Source: Acidimicrobiia bacterium (GTDB taxonomy: Bacteria > Actinomycetota > Acidimicrobiia > IMCC26256 > PALSA-610). Taken from it: 64,000 bases of DNA. The stretch is from the NCBI GenBank assembly GCA_038323195.1, contig JBBQGQ010000005.1, forward strand, positions 99,217 through 163,216. The letters run 5' to 3'. The notes beneath the pieces were generated by a model that did no database searches, was not told the DNA's origin, and saw nothing but the letters and a program-made list of their open reading frames with translations. Below are positions 42,970-51,766 of the stretch, in pieces. Within the stretch, counting starts at the first letter, position 1. Each line of letters starts with the position of its first letter. A program made the position numbers and the translations under genes.

Positions 42970-44393
42970 TACTCCAGGTCCTCCGGGGTCGAGAAGTGGC
43001 CGGCGATCGCGGTCGCGGCCGCGACGGCCGGGGAAACGAGGTGTGTGCGCCCGCCTTTGCCCTGGCGGCCTTCGAAGTTGCGATTCGACGTGGACGCGCA
43101 CCGTTCGCCCGGCGCCAGCTTGTCCGGGTTCATCGCCAGGCACATCGAGCAGCCCGGCTCCCGCCAGTCGAAACCGGCGTCGCGGAACACGCGATCGAGC
43201 CCTTCCGACTCGGCTTGGACCTTTACCGCGGCCGAACCCGGGACCACGAGTGTGCGTACGCCGGACTTGACCTTGCGGCCGCGCGCGACACCCGCCGCGA
43301 CGCGCAGGTCTTCGATCCGCGAGTTGGTGCAAGAACCGATGAAAACGGTGTCGACGGCGATGTCGCGCATCGGCGTGCCGGCCTTCAGCCCCATGTACAC
43401 GAGTGCGCGTTTTGCGGATTCGCGAGCCGACTCGTCGGTGAACGCGTCGGGGTCGGGAACGGTGTCGTCGATCGGGATCGTCTGAGCGGGATTCGTCCCC
43501 CACGACACGTGCGGGCGCAGCGTCGCCGCGTCGATGAAGACTTCCTTGTCGAAGGTGGCGTCGGGATCGGTCACGAGCGCGCGCCAGTCGTCGAGCGCGT
43601 GCTCCCACTCGGATCCTTTCGGCGCGAAGCGCCGCCCTTCGAGGTATGCGAACGTCGTGTCGTCGGGGGCGACGAGGCCCGCGCGGGCGCCGGCTTCGAT
43701 CGACATGTTGCAGACCGTCAGCCGACCTTCGATGGACAATCCCCGGATGGCCGAACCTCGGTACTCGATCACGGACCCGATACCGCCGCCGGTTCCGATC
43801 CGGGCGATGATCGCGAGCACGATGTCCTTGGCCGACACGCTCGAGGGCACTTCGCCGTCGACGGTGATCGCCATCGTTCCCGGCCGCATCTGCGGCAGCG
43901 TCTGCGTGGCCAAGACGTGCTCGACCTCACTCGTGCCGATGCCGAACGCCAGCGCGCCGAACGCGCCGTGGGTCGAGGTGTGGCTGTCGCCGCACACGAT
44001 GGTCATGCCCGGCTGCGTGAGACCCTGCTCAGGCCCGATGACGTGCACGATGCCTTGGCCCGGATCGCGCATCCCGTAGAGCCGGATGCCGAACTCTTCG
44101 CAGTTGCGGGCCAGCACGTCCATCTGTTTCGCCGAGATCGGATCGGCCAACGGCAGGTCGAGGCCGGCGGTCGGGACGTTGTGGTCCATCGTCGCGACCG
44201 TGAGATCGGGCCGCCGCACGCGCCGTCCCGCGGCTCGCAGGCCGTCGAACGCCTGCGGCGACGTCACTTCGTGGACGAGATGCAAGTCGACGTACAGGAG
44301 ATCGGGCTCATCGGCGGCGGAGTAGACGACGTGGCGATCCCAGAGCTTCTCGGACAACGTCTTGGGGGCATTCGTCTTGGGGGGCTTCGCCAT
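42969..44393 (-). CDS. leuC: 3-isopropylmalate dehydratase large subunit
   Basis: ATG at 44393 ([21 protein letters not shown]...). Aconitase-family motifs GDSHT, GSCTNSR and CSMCLAMN. The upstream part of ORF 42969..45164 is non-coding noise. Confidence 0.95.
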   Translation of the reverse strand: MAKPPKTNAPKTLSEKLWDRHVVYSAADEPDLLYVDLHLVHEVTSPQAFDGLRAAGRRVRRPDLTVATMDHNVPTAGLDLPLADPISAKQMDVLARNCEEFGIRLYGMRDPGQGIVHVIGPEQGLTQPGMTIVCGDSHTSTHGAFGALAFGIGTSEVEHVLATQTLPQMRPGTMAITVDGEVPSSVSAKDIVLAIIARIGTGGGIGSVIEYRGSAIRGLSIEGRLTVCNMSIEAGARAGLVAPDDTTFAYLEGRRFAPKGSEWEHALDDWRALVTDPDATFDKEVFIDAATLRPHVSWGTNPAQTIPIDDTVPDPDAFTDESARESAKRALVYMGLKAGTPMRDIAVDTVFIGSCTNSRIEDLRVAAGVARGRKVKSGVRTLVVPGSAAVKVQAESEGLDRVFRDAGFDWREPGCSMCLAMNPDKLAPGERCASTSNRNFEGRQGKGGRTHLVSPAVAAATAIAGHFSTPEDLE

Positions 44394-44435
44394 GCGCTTC
44401 TCCTGTCTCAGCAGATGAGACGCTAGTATCGCTCC

Positions 44436-45161
44436 GTGGTCAGTGTAACAAGTGGCATCCAGGTGGTCGATCGCGCCGTGCTGGTGCTCGACGCGGTGGC
44501 GAACGGAGGACCGTGCTCTCTCGCTGAGCTCCAGCGCGCGACCGGTCTTCCGCGCCCGACCGCGTATCGGCTCGCGGTTGCACTCGTTCGCCACGGCGTG
44601 CTGGCGCGCGACGCCGACGGGCGCTTCGTGCTCGGCCGGCGCCTCGCGGCATGGGGTGCAGTGGCAGGCCGAGGGCTGCCCGATTCCGCACGCCCGCTGC
44701 TCGCTCGACTGAGTGAGACAACCGGCGAGAGTGCGCAGCTCTACGTGCGGGAGGGCGACCACCGCGTGTGCGTCGCCGTCCACGAGCGTCCGAGCGGGCT
44801 GCGCGACACCGTTCCCCTGGGAGCGGTCCTGCCGCTCGATCGGGGCTCGGGAGGCAAGGTGCTCCTGGCCTGGTCGAGTGACGCGGCGAGGTTCGAGGTG
44901 GCTCCCCGCGAGCTCGAAACGGTACGACGGCGGGGCTGGGCCGCGAGCGTGGGCGAGCGGGAGGCCGGCGTGGCCAGTGTGAGCGCGCCCGTCTTCGCCG
45001 GGCCCCACGTGGTGGTTGCCGCGGTCAGCGTGAGCGGTCCGATCGACCGGCTCGGACAGCATCCGGGCCGGCGGTTGGCGGCAGCCGTCACCGGCGCCAG
45101 CGAGGCCCTTTCGGCCGCGCTCGGCGGCCCCGACGGCGACTCGCACGTCACGGCGGAGTAA
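44436..45161 (+). CDS. IclR-family transcriptional regulator divergent from leuCD (LtbR/NdgR-like position)
   Basis: N-terminal wHTH ([23 protein letters not shown]) plus an IclR effector domain. The divergent arrangement with leuCD matches that known for Corynebacterium LtbR and Streptomyces NdgR. Confidence 0.85.
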   Translation: MVSVTSGIQVVDRAVLVLDAVANGGPCSLAELQRATGLPRPTAYRLAVALVRHGVLARDADGRFVLGRRLAAWGAVAGRGLPDSARPLLARLSETTGESAQLYVREGDHRVCVAVHERPSGLRDTVPLGAVLPLDRGSGGKVLLAWSSDAARFEVAPRELETVRRRGWAASVGEREAGVASVSAPVFAGPHVVVAAVSVSGPIDRLGQHPGRRLAAAVTGASEALSAALGGPDGDSHVTAE

Positions 45162-45196
45162 CAAGGGCGTAACAAAGTGGCCCTAGCGTCGGCTCC

Positions 45197-45697
45197 GTGA
45201 ACGTCGAGGTCGTCCGATGGCCAGCTGACGCGCAGCGGCTGGCCGAGCTTCGGGAGATGCGCATTCCGCGGCTGTTGGTGGTGGCCGACGGCGACGGTGA
45301 GCTGCCGTTGCCGGTCGACTGTCTCGAGGACTGGGTGACGTCGGGCGCGCCCGAATGGGAGGTCGACGCCCGCCGGCGCGCCCTCCTGCTTCGGTCCGGA
45401 CAGCACGCGGTGCGGCCGCTGCTCGACGAGGACGGTCTGCTCCATCACCGCGACGCCTGGGTATCGCTCTCACCGGTCGAGCAGGCGCTCGCCGCGGTGT
45501 TGCTCGATCGCTTCGGCGCGGTCGTCACCCGCGAGATGCTCGCCGATCGCGCGTGGCCGGCCGGTGTGCCGACGCGCAACGCGCTCGACGTGCATGTGCT
45601 GCGCCTGCGCCGCCGCATCGCCCCCGTGGGTCTCGAGATCCGCACGGTCCGCTCACGCGGCTATCTCATGCAATCGCGCGAAGTCGTGCTGCAGTAG
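45197..45697 (+). CDS. OmpR/PhoB-type winged-helix DNA-binding protein with short atypical N-terminal domain
   Basis: C-terminal trans_reg_C-like region (LSPVEQALAAVLLDRFGAVVTREMLADRAW...LDVHVLRLRRRIAPVGLEIRTVRSRGYLM). The N-terminal ~75 aa is too short for a full receiver domain. Confidence 0.75.
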   Translation: MNVEVVRWPADAQRLAELREMRIPRLLVVADGDGELPLPVDCLEDWVTSGAPEWEVDARRRALLLRSGQHAVRPLLDEDGLLHHRDAWVSLSPVEQALAAVLLDRFGAVVTREMLADRAWPAGVPTRNALDVHVLRLRRRIAPVGLEIRTVRSRGYLMQSREVVLQ

Positions 45698-45738
45698 CTC
45701 ACCTCTTCCCTCGGAGGGTCCCGAGTAGCGTCGCGCGT

Positions 45739-47511
45739 GTGCGACTCGGGATCGACAGCGGCGGCACGTTCACCGACGTCGTCGCCGGCGACGGCCGGGT
45801 CGCCAAGGTCGCGTCGACGCCCGACGATCCCGCCCGCGCGGTGGAGCGCGCGGCCGACGCCGTCGGGGAGCGAGGCCGGATCGACGTGCTCGCGCACGGC
45901 ACGACGGTGGCCACCAACGCGCTCCTCGAGCGGCGGGGTGCCCGCGTCGCGCTGATCTCGACGCGCGGCTTCGTCGACGAGATCGAGATCGCGCGCCAGG
46001 TCCGGCCGTCGCTGTACGACCCGTTCGCCGATCGGCCGCCGCCGCTCGTGGGGCGCGACATGCGGTTCGAGGTCGCCGGCCGGCTCGACGCGCGCGGCGT
46101 GGAGATCGAGGCCTTCGACGGGACGCTGCCCGAGATCGCAGGCGCGGTCGACGCAATCGCGGTCTGTTTGCTGCATGCCGACCTCGACCCGCGACACGAG
46201 CGCGAGGTCGGCGACGCGCTGCGCGCGGTGCGGTCGGAGCTCGTCGTGTGCTCGCACGAGGTCAGCCCGGAGTTCCGCGAGTACGAACGCATGGTCACGA
46301 CGGTCGTGGAGGCGTTCCTCGAGCCGGTCTGCACGCCGTATCTGACACAGCTCGCGTCCATGGCACCCGAAGCGCTGGTGATGACCTCGGCCGGCGGCCT
46401 CGTACCCGTGGCCGCCGGCGCGCGGCTCGCCGCGTCGTTGTTGCTCTCGGGCCCCGCCGGCGGTGTACGGGCGGCGGCGGAGATCGCCGCCGCGTGCGGA
46501 TTCGTCGACGCGGTCAGCTTCGACATGGGTGGGACGAGCACCGATGTTTGTCTCGTGCGCGGGCGCGTTCCCGAACCGGCGTCGGAACGCGTCGTCGCCG
46601 GGTTCCCGATCCGGCTGCCGGCGCTCGACGTGCACACCGTGGGCGCGGGCGGCGGTTCGATCGCGCGCGTCGACGCGGGCGGCGCGTTGGCCGTCGGGCC
46701 GCGGAGCGCGGGAGCGGTCCCGGGACCCGCGTGCTACGGGCGCGGCGGTGCGGAGTCGACGGTCACCGACGCGGATCTGGTGCTCGGCCGGATCCCCGCC
46801 GACTCCGTCTTCCCCGATCTCGGCCGCCTCGACGTCGCCGCGGCGCGGCGCGCGCTTGAGCGAGCCGGCGTGACCGCCGAGGGCGTCGTGCGCGTCGTCG
46901 ACGCCGCAATGGAACGCGCGGTACGGGTCGTGACCGTCGAGCGTGGTGTCGATCCGCGTGAGCTCGCGCTCGTCGCGTTCGGAGGTGCCGGACCCATGCA
47001 TGCGTGTGCGATCGCCGAAGCGTTGGGCATGCGCGCAGTGGTGGTGCCCCCGCGCGCCGGCGTGTGCTCCGCCGCCGGCCTGCTGTGCGCGCCGAAGTCG
47101 CGCGAGGTAGTGCACAGCCTCGGCCGCGCGTCACTGGCCGACGCGCTCACCCGGGTCGAACGCGAGGCGCGGGCACGCGCCGGCGCCGGCGCGATCGTCG
47201 AGACGGCGGTCGATTGTCGCTACGCCGGCCAGAGTCACGAGCTGACCGTGGCGTCCCCCGACGACTTCCCGGCCGAGCACCAGCGCCGCAACGGACACGC
47301 GCGCCCGGGCGCGCCGATCGAGGTGATCGCGGTTCGCGCCCGAGCGTCGATCCCGGCGCCGCTGCGCATCACCGACCTGCCCGACGTCGAACGGTCCCGA
47401 GTGGTCGGGCCGGCGGTCGTCGCCGAGCCCGACTGCACGATGTGGGTTCCCGAAGGTTGGCAGGCCGAGCCCCGCGAGCTCGGGGCCTGGGTCGTCAGAC
47501 GGCGGAGATAG
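45739..47511 (+). CDS. hyuA: hydantoinase/oxoprolinase family protein, A subunit
   Basis: GTG at 45739 (VRLGIDSGGTFTDVV...). The ASKHA-fold hydantoinase_A pattern is present. The ORF upstream of this start overlaps the preceding gene. Confidence 0.85.
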   Translation: MRLGIDSGGTFTDVVAGDGRVAKVASTPDDPARAVERAADAVGERGRIDVLAHGTTVATNALLERRGARVALISTRGFVDEIEIARQVRPSLYDPFADRPPPLVGRDMRFEVAGRLDARGVEIEAFDGTLPEIAGAVDAIAVCLLHADLDPRHEREVGDALRAVRSELVVCSHEVSPEFREYERMVTTVVEAFLEPVCTPYLTQLASMAPEALVMTSAGGLVPVAAGARLAASLLLSGPAGGVRAAAEIAAACGFVDAVSFDMGGTSTDVCLVRGRVPEPASERVVAGFPIRLPALDVHTVGAGGGSIARVDAGGALAVGPRSAGAVPGPACYGRGGAESTVTDADLVLGRIPADSVFPDLGRLDVAAARRALERAGVTAEGVVRVVDAAMERAVRVVTVERGVDPRELALVAFGGAGPMHACAIAEALGMRAVVVPPRAGVCSAAGLLCAPKSREVVHSLGRASLADALTRVEREARARAGAGAIVETAVDCRYAGQSHELTVASPDDFPAEHQRRNGHARPGAPIEVIAVRARASIPAPLRITDLPDVERSRVVGPAVVAEPDCTMWVPEGWQAEPRELGAWVVRRRR

Positions 47512-47513
47512 CG

Positions 47514-49058
47514 GTGGACCCGGCGACGTTGCAGGTGTGGATCTCGCGACTCGCGGGCATCGCCGACGAGATGGGCGCGGTGCTACGCCGGGCCGCGTAC
47601 AGCCCCAACATCAAAGAGCGCGCCGACTGCTCGTGTGCGTTGTTCGCGCCCGACGGCACCCTGTTGGCCCAAGCCGAGCACATCCCCGTGCATCTCGGTT
47701 CCATGCCGGCGGCCGTGCGCGCCGCGATCGACGCGTGCGGTGACCGGATCGCGCCCGGTGATCAGGTCGTCGTGAACGACCCGTTCGCCGGAGGTACGCA
47801 TCTGAACGACGTCACGTTCGTCGCGCCCGCGTTCGCCGACGACGGGACCCTGCTCGGTTGGGCCGCGAACCGCGCACACCACGCCGACGTCGGTGGGATG
47901 GCGCCCGGATCGTTGCCGCCCGACGCGACGGAGATCTATCAGGAGGGACTGCGCATCCCGCCCGTCCGCTGGACACCCGAGGTCGAGGCGCTCGTCGTCG
48001 CCGCGTCGCGCACGCCCGACGAACGACGCGGCGATCTCGACGCGCAGCTGGGCGCGAACCACTTGGGCGTGGCCAGGCTGCGCGAGCTCCCGGTCGCGCC
48101 TGAGATCATGATCGAGATCGTCGAATACGGAGAGCGCCGCACTCGTGCCGCGATCCACGAGCTTGCCGACGGCACGTTTCGCTTCGTTGACGTCCTCGAC
48201 TCGACCGGCGGCCCCGGCGACGCGCGACCGGCGCGGATCTGTGTGGCGGTCACCGTGCTCGGCGACACCATCACATTCGACTTCGCGGGTACCGACCCGC
48301 AACGAGCCGGATCGGTGAACGCGGTGGAAGCCGTGACGATCAGCGCGGTCGTGTTCGCGTTGCGATCCGTCGCCGATCCCGATCTCCCGGCGAACGGTGG
48401 CGTGCTGCGGCCGTTGCGCGTGCTCACACCCGCCGGCTCGGTGGTCTCGGCCCGGATGCCGGTGGCGGTCGGTGCCGGCAACGTCGAGGTGAGTCAACGG
48501 GTTGCCGACGTGTGCCTGGGCGCCCTCGCGCAAGCCGCGCCGGAGCGCGTCGGCGGTGCGTCGCAGGGAACGATGAACAACGTGCTCGTGGGCGGCGAGG
48601 GTTGGGTGTACTACGAGACGATCGGCGGCGGCCAGGGCGGGCGGCCGAACGGGCGAGCGGGAATGAACGGCGTGCACACCGCGATGACCAACACGCGCGA
48701 CACGCCGGTCGAAGCGCTCGAGCGCGCGTACCCCATGCGGGTACGGCGCTACGCGTTGCGGACGAACAGCGGCGGGGCCGGCTTCGCCGCGGGCGGTGAC
48801 GGCATCGTCCGCGAGCTCGAGATGCTCGACGACGCGACCGTCTCGCTCATCACCGAACGGCGATCGTCTCGCCCATGGGGCATCGCGGGTGGCGAGCCGG
48901 GCGCGGTCGGCGAGAACTGGTTGCTTCCCGGCGGCGACGAGACGCGAGCCCGCCGGCTCGCCGACAAGTGCACGACTCGGCTGCGACGCGGCGACGTCGT
49001 GCGGATCCTGACGCCGGGTGGCGGCGGCTTCGGCCCGCCGACACCACCTCGAGGCTGA
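47514..49058 (+). CDS. hyuB: hydantoinase B/oxoprolinase family protein
   Basis: GTG at 47514, 2 nt after the hyuA stop. RAAYSPNIKERADCSCALF...NDPFAGGTHLNDV is typical of hydantoinase_B. Confidence 0.85.
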   Translation: MDPATLQVWISRLAGIADEMGAVLRRAAYSPNIKERADCSCALFAPDGTLLAQAEHIPVHLGSMPAAVRAAIDACGDRIAPGDQVVVNDPFAGGTHLNDVTFVAPAFADDGTLLGWAANRAHHADVGGMAPGSLPPDATEIYQEGLRIPPVRWTPEVEALVVAASRTPDERRGDLDAQLGANHLGVARLRELPVAPEIMIEIVEYGERRTRAAIHELADGTFRFVDVLDSTGGPGDARPARICVAVTVLGDTITFDFAGTDPQRAGSVNAVEAVTISAVVFALRSVADPDLPANGGVLRPLRVLTPAGSVVSARMPVAVGAGNVEVSQRVADVCLGALAQAAPERVGGASQGTMNNVLVGGEGWVYYETIGGGQGGRPNGRAGMNGVHTAMTNTRDTPVEALERAYPMRVRRYALRTNSGGAGFAAGGDGIVRELEMLDDATVSLITERRSSRPWGIAGGEPGAVGENWLLPGGDETRARRLADKCTTRLRRGDVVRILTPGGGGFGPPTPPRG

Positions 49059-49078
49059 TCGGCCTCGAGGCTGATCCG
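49047..49078. repeat. 16-bp tandem duplication (15/16) spanning a stop codon
   Basis: CCTCGAGGCTGATCGG at 49047-49062 and CCTCGAGGCTGATCCG at 49063-49078. Copy 1 contains the last three codons and TGA of hyuB. Confidence 0.95.
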
Positions 49079-49094
49079 GGGATGAGTCGGGCGG

Positions 49095-49568
49095 TTAGTC
49101 GGGGAGCCGTACCGCGACGACGGTCACCGACATCTCGCGTTTCGGACCTTGGTACGTGACGGTGGCCTCGGGTCCTTTGCCGATGATGGCCTGCCCGAGG
49201 GGTGAGTTGGTCGACAGCACGTCGTACTTCTCGTGGCGTTCCTCGATGGAGCCGACGAGATACGTGACGAGGTCGTCGTCGCCGGCGTAGCGCAGGTCGA
49301 CGAGTGTGCCCGGCTCCACCACGTCGCCGGCGGTGTTGGTGTCGATCACGACCGCGTTCTTCAGCATCTGCTCGAGCTGGCGGACCCGGGCCTCGTTGTG
49401 GCCCTGCTCGTTCTTCGCGGCGTCGTAGTCGGCGTTCTCGGAGATGTCGCCGTGCTCTCGGGCTCTTTCGATCCAAAGCGAGAGCTCGCGACGGCGCGTC
49501 GTCGTCCGTTCTTCCAATTCCGCCTTCAGGCGTGCGTGGGCCTGCGGCGAGAGGTGGGGCTCGCTCAT
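49095..49568 (-). CDS. greA: transcription elongation factor GreA
   Basis: 157 aa with a coiled-coil N-terminal region (DISENADYDAAKNEQ) and the GreA C-terminal domain. Confidence 0.95.
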   Translation of the reverse strand: MSEPHLSPQAHARLKAELEERTTTRRRELSLWIERAREHGDISENADYDAAKNEQGHNEARVRQLEQMLKNAVVIDTNTAGDVVEPGTLVDLRYAGDDDLVTYLVGSIEERHEKYDVLSTNSPLGQAIIGKGPEATVTYQGPKREMSVTVVAVRLPD

Positions 49569-49668
49569 GACCGGCAGGGTACTTCGGTCGCCCGGCCGAA
49601 TCCGTCGACAGGGGCACTTTTCGGCGCACGGTGTCGACCTCCGAGGTCACCGGGGACCGCGGTGTCGT

Positions 49669-49697
49669 TTGACAATGTTGTGATCTGCTGCGATCCT
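49669..49697 (+). promoter_or_regulatory. candidate promoter of the leuB-operon leader (TTGACA - 17 nt - GATCCT)
   Basis: Perfect -35 hexamer at 49669-49674 and a -10-like hexamer at 49692-49697, 9 nt before the leader ATG. The geometry is the same as at the leuA leader. Confidence 0.4.
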
Positions 49698-49706
49698 GGT
49701 CGTCTC

Positions 49707-49742
49707 ATGTCCGTGCATCTCTCAGTCGTCGTCATTCGATAA
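49707..49742 (+). promoter_or_regulatory. Val/Ile/Leu-rich leader peptide ORF (MSVHLSVVVIR) of an attenuator
   Basis: ATG TCC GTG CAT CTC TCA GTC GTC GTC ATT CGA TAA. It is followed at once by a perfect 9-bp hairpin (49743-49765) and a terminator, then leuB. Confidence 0.7.
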
Positions 49743-49770
49743 GCGAACGCCGCACCGGCGTTCGCTGCAA

Positions 49771-49798
49771 CCGTCCACCTCCGCGTGGGCGGTTTTTT
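49771..49798 (+). terminator. intrinsic terminator of the leuB-operon attenuator
   Basis: CCGTCCAC-CTCCGC-GTGGGCGG forms 8 bp (one G-U pair) and is followed by TTTTTT (49793-49798), 34 nt upstream of the leuB GTG. Confidence 0.7.
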
Positions 49799-49831
49799 CG
49801 TGAACGCACCTGATCGGAAAGGAAACAGCCC

Positions 49832-50824
49832 GTGGCCCATCGGGTCGGGATCATCGGCGGCGACGGCATCGGCCCCGAAGTCGTGCACGAAGCGTTGAAG
49901 GTCGTGCGCGCCGCGGGCGTCGAGCTCGACCCGATCGAATACGACCTCGGCGGACGTCGCTATCTTGCGACCGGCGAGGTGTTGCCCGACGCCGTGCTCG
50001 AGGAGTTGCGCGGCCTCGACGCGATCTTGCTCGGCGCGGTCGGGACACCCGACGTTCCGCCGGGCGTGCTCGAGCGAGGTCTGCTGCTGAAGATGCGCTT
50101 CGCGCTCGACCTCTACGTGAACCTGCGGCCGTTCAAGGCCGGTCCCGGACGCCACAACGAGGGTGTCGATTTCGTCGTGGTGCGCGAGAACACCGAAGGA
50201 ACGTACGCGGGCGAGGGTGGTTTCCTGCGCAGGGGCACACCGCACGAGGTCGCGACCCAAGGCTCGGTGAACACGCGCATGGGCGTAGAACGTTGCGTGC
50301 GTTTCGCGTTCGACCTCGCCCGATCTCGCGACCGTAAGCATCTCACGCTCGTGCACAAGACGAACGTGCTCACCTTCGCCGGCGACCTCTGGCAACGCAC
50401 GTTCGACGACGTGGCCCGCTCGTTCACCGACGTCGGCACCGCGTACAACCACGTCGACGCGGCGTGCATCTATTTCGTACAGGACCCGCAGCGCTACGAC
50501 GTGGTCGTCACCGACAACCTGTTCGGAGACATCCTTACCGACCTCGGCGGCGCGATCGGCGGCGGTATCGGGCGGGCTGCGTCGGCGAACCTCAACCCCG
50601 ACCGGACCGGCCCATCGCTCTTCGAGCCGGTCCACGGATCGGCTCCCGACATCGCCGGCACCGGGCAGGCCGACCCCCGGGCTGCGGTGATCTCGGCCGC
50701 GCTGATGTGTGATTTCCTCGGTGAGAGCGATGCTCTGGCCCGAATCCAAAAGGCACTGGACACGACGGACGATGTAAAAGGCACGACTTCACAGATCGGC
50801 GACGCGATCGCCGCCGCCTGCTGA
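49832..50824 (+). CDS. leuB: 3-isopropylmalate dehydrogenase
   Basis: GTG start preceded by [20 protein letters not shown] and the NLFGDILTD motif. Confidence 0.95.
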   Translation: MAHRVGIIGGDGIGPEVVHEALKVVRAAGVELDPIEYDLGGRRYLATGEVLPDAVLEELRGLDAILLGAVGTPDVPPGVLERGLLLKMRFALDLYVNLRPFKAGPGRHNEGVDFVVVRENTEGTYAGEGGFLRRGTPHEVATQGSVNTRMGVERCVRFAFDLARSRDRKHLTLVHKTNVLTFAGDLWQRTFDDVARSFTDVGTAYNHVDAACIYFVQDPQRYDVVVTDNLFGDILTDLGGAIGGGIGRAASANLNPDRTGPSLFEPVHGSAPDIAGTGQADPRAAVISAALMCDFLGESDALARIQKALDTTDDVKGTTSQIGDAIAAAC

Positions 50825-50851
50825 CGACGCAGCTCGACGAAAGGCTCTGCG

Positions 50852-51766
50852 ATGCCCATCACCCCGACCGACAAGATCTGGATGAACGGCGAGCTCGTTC
50901 CGTGGGCGGACGCGCGGATCCACGTCCTCACGCACACGTTGCACTACGGCACCGGAGTCTTCGAGGGCATCCGCGCGTACGAGACGGAACGGGGCCCGGC
51001 GGTCTTCCGCCTCACCGAGCACATCACGCGGTTGTTCGACTCCGCGCGGATCATGATGATGGAGATCCCGTACACCGTCGACCAGCTCGTACAGGCGACG
51101 AAGGACACCGTGCGCGCGACCGGACTCGCGTCGTGCTACGTCCGGCCGATCGCGTACTACGGGTACGGCGAGATGGGCCTCAACACGTTGCCGTGTGAGG
51201 TGGACGTCTCGATCGCGTGTTGGCCGTGGGGCGCGTACCTCGGTGCGGACGCCGTCTCCAAGGGCGTGCGCATGAAGATCTCGAGCTGGACGCGCCACGA
51301 CCACAACACGATGCCGCCCCTGTCGAAGACGACCGGCAACTACGTCAACTCGTCGCTCGCGAAGGTCGAAGCGCTCAAAGCGGGATACGACGAGGCGATC
51401 ATGCTCAATCCGGATGGCCTCGTCTCCGAGTGCACCGGTGAGAACATCTTCGCCGCGCGTCGCGGTGTGCTGGTCACGCCGCCGGTCTCCGCCGGCGCGC
51501 TGCCGGGCATCACCCAGGATTCGGTGACGACGATTGCCCGCGACCACGGCTTCGAGGTCCGCGTCGACGACTTGTCGCGCAGCGATCTCTACGTCGCCGA
51601 AGAGATGTTCGTGTGCGGCACTGCGGCCGAGGTCAGCGCCGTGAACTCCGTCGACGACCGCGCCATCCCGTGCCCCGGTCCGATGACCCAAGTCATCGCC
51701 GCCGAGTACGCCAAAGCCGTCCGCGGCGAGATCGACAAATACAAAGACTGGTGCGAATTGGTATGA
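50852..51766 (+). CDS. ilvE: branched-chain amino acid aminotransferase (class IV)
   Basis: 304 aa. HTLHYGTGVFEGIRAY and the rest of the fold-type IV pattern. Confidence 0.95.
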   Translation: MPITPTDKIWMNGELVPWADARIHVLTHTLHYGTGVFEGIRAYETERGPAVFRLTEHITRLFDSARIMMMEIPYTVDQLVQATKDTVRATGLASCYVRPIAYYGYGEMGLNTLPCEVDVSIACWPWGAYLGADAVSKGVRMKISSWTRHDHNTMPPLSKTTGNYVNSSLAKVEALKAGYDEAIMLNPDGLVSECTGENIFAARRGVLVTPPVSAGALPGITQDSVTTIARDHGFEVRVDDLSRSDLYVAEEMFVCGTAAEVSAVNSVDDRAIPCPGPMTQVIAAEYAKAVRGEIDKYKDWCELV

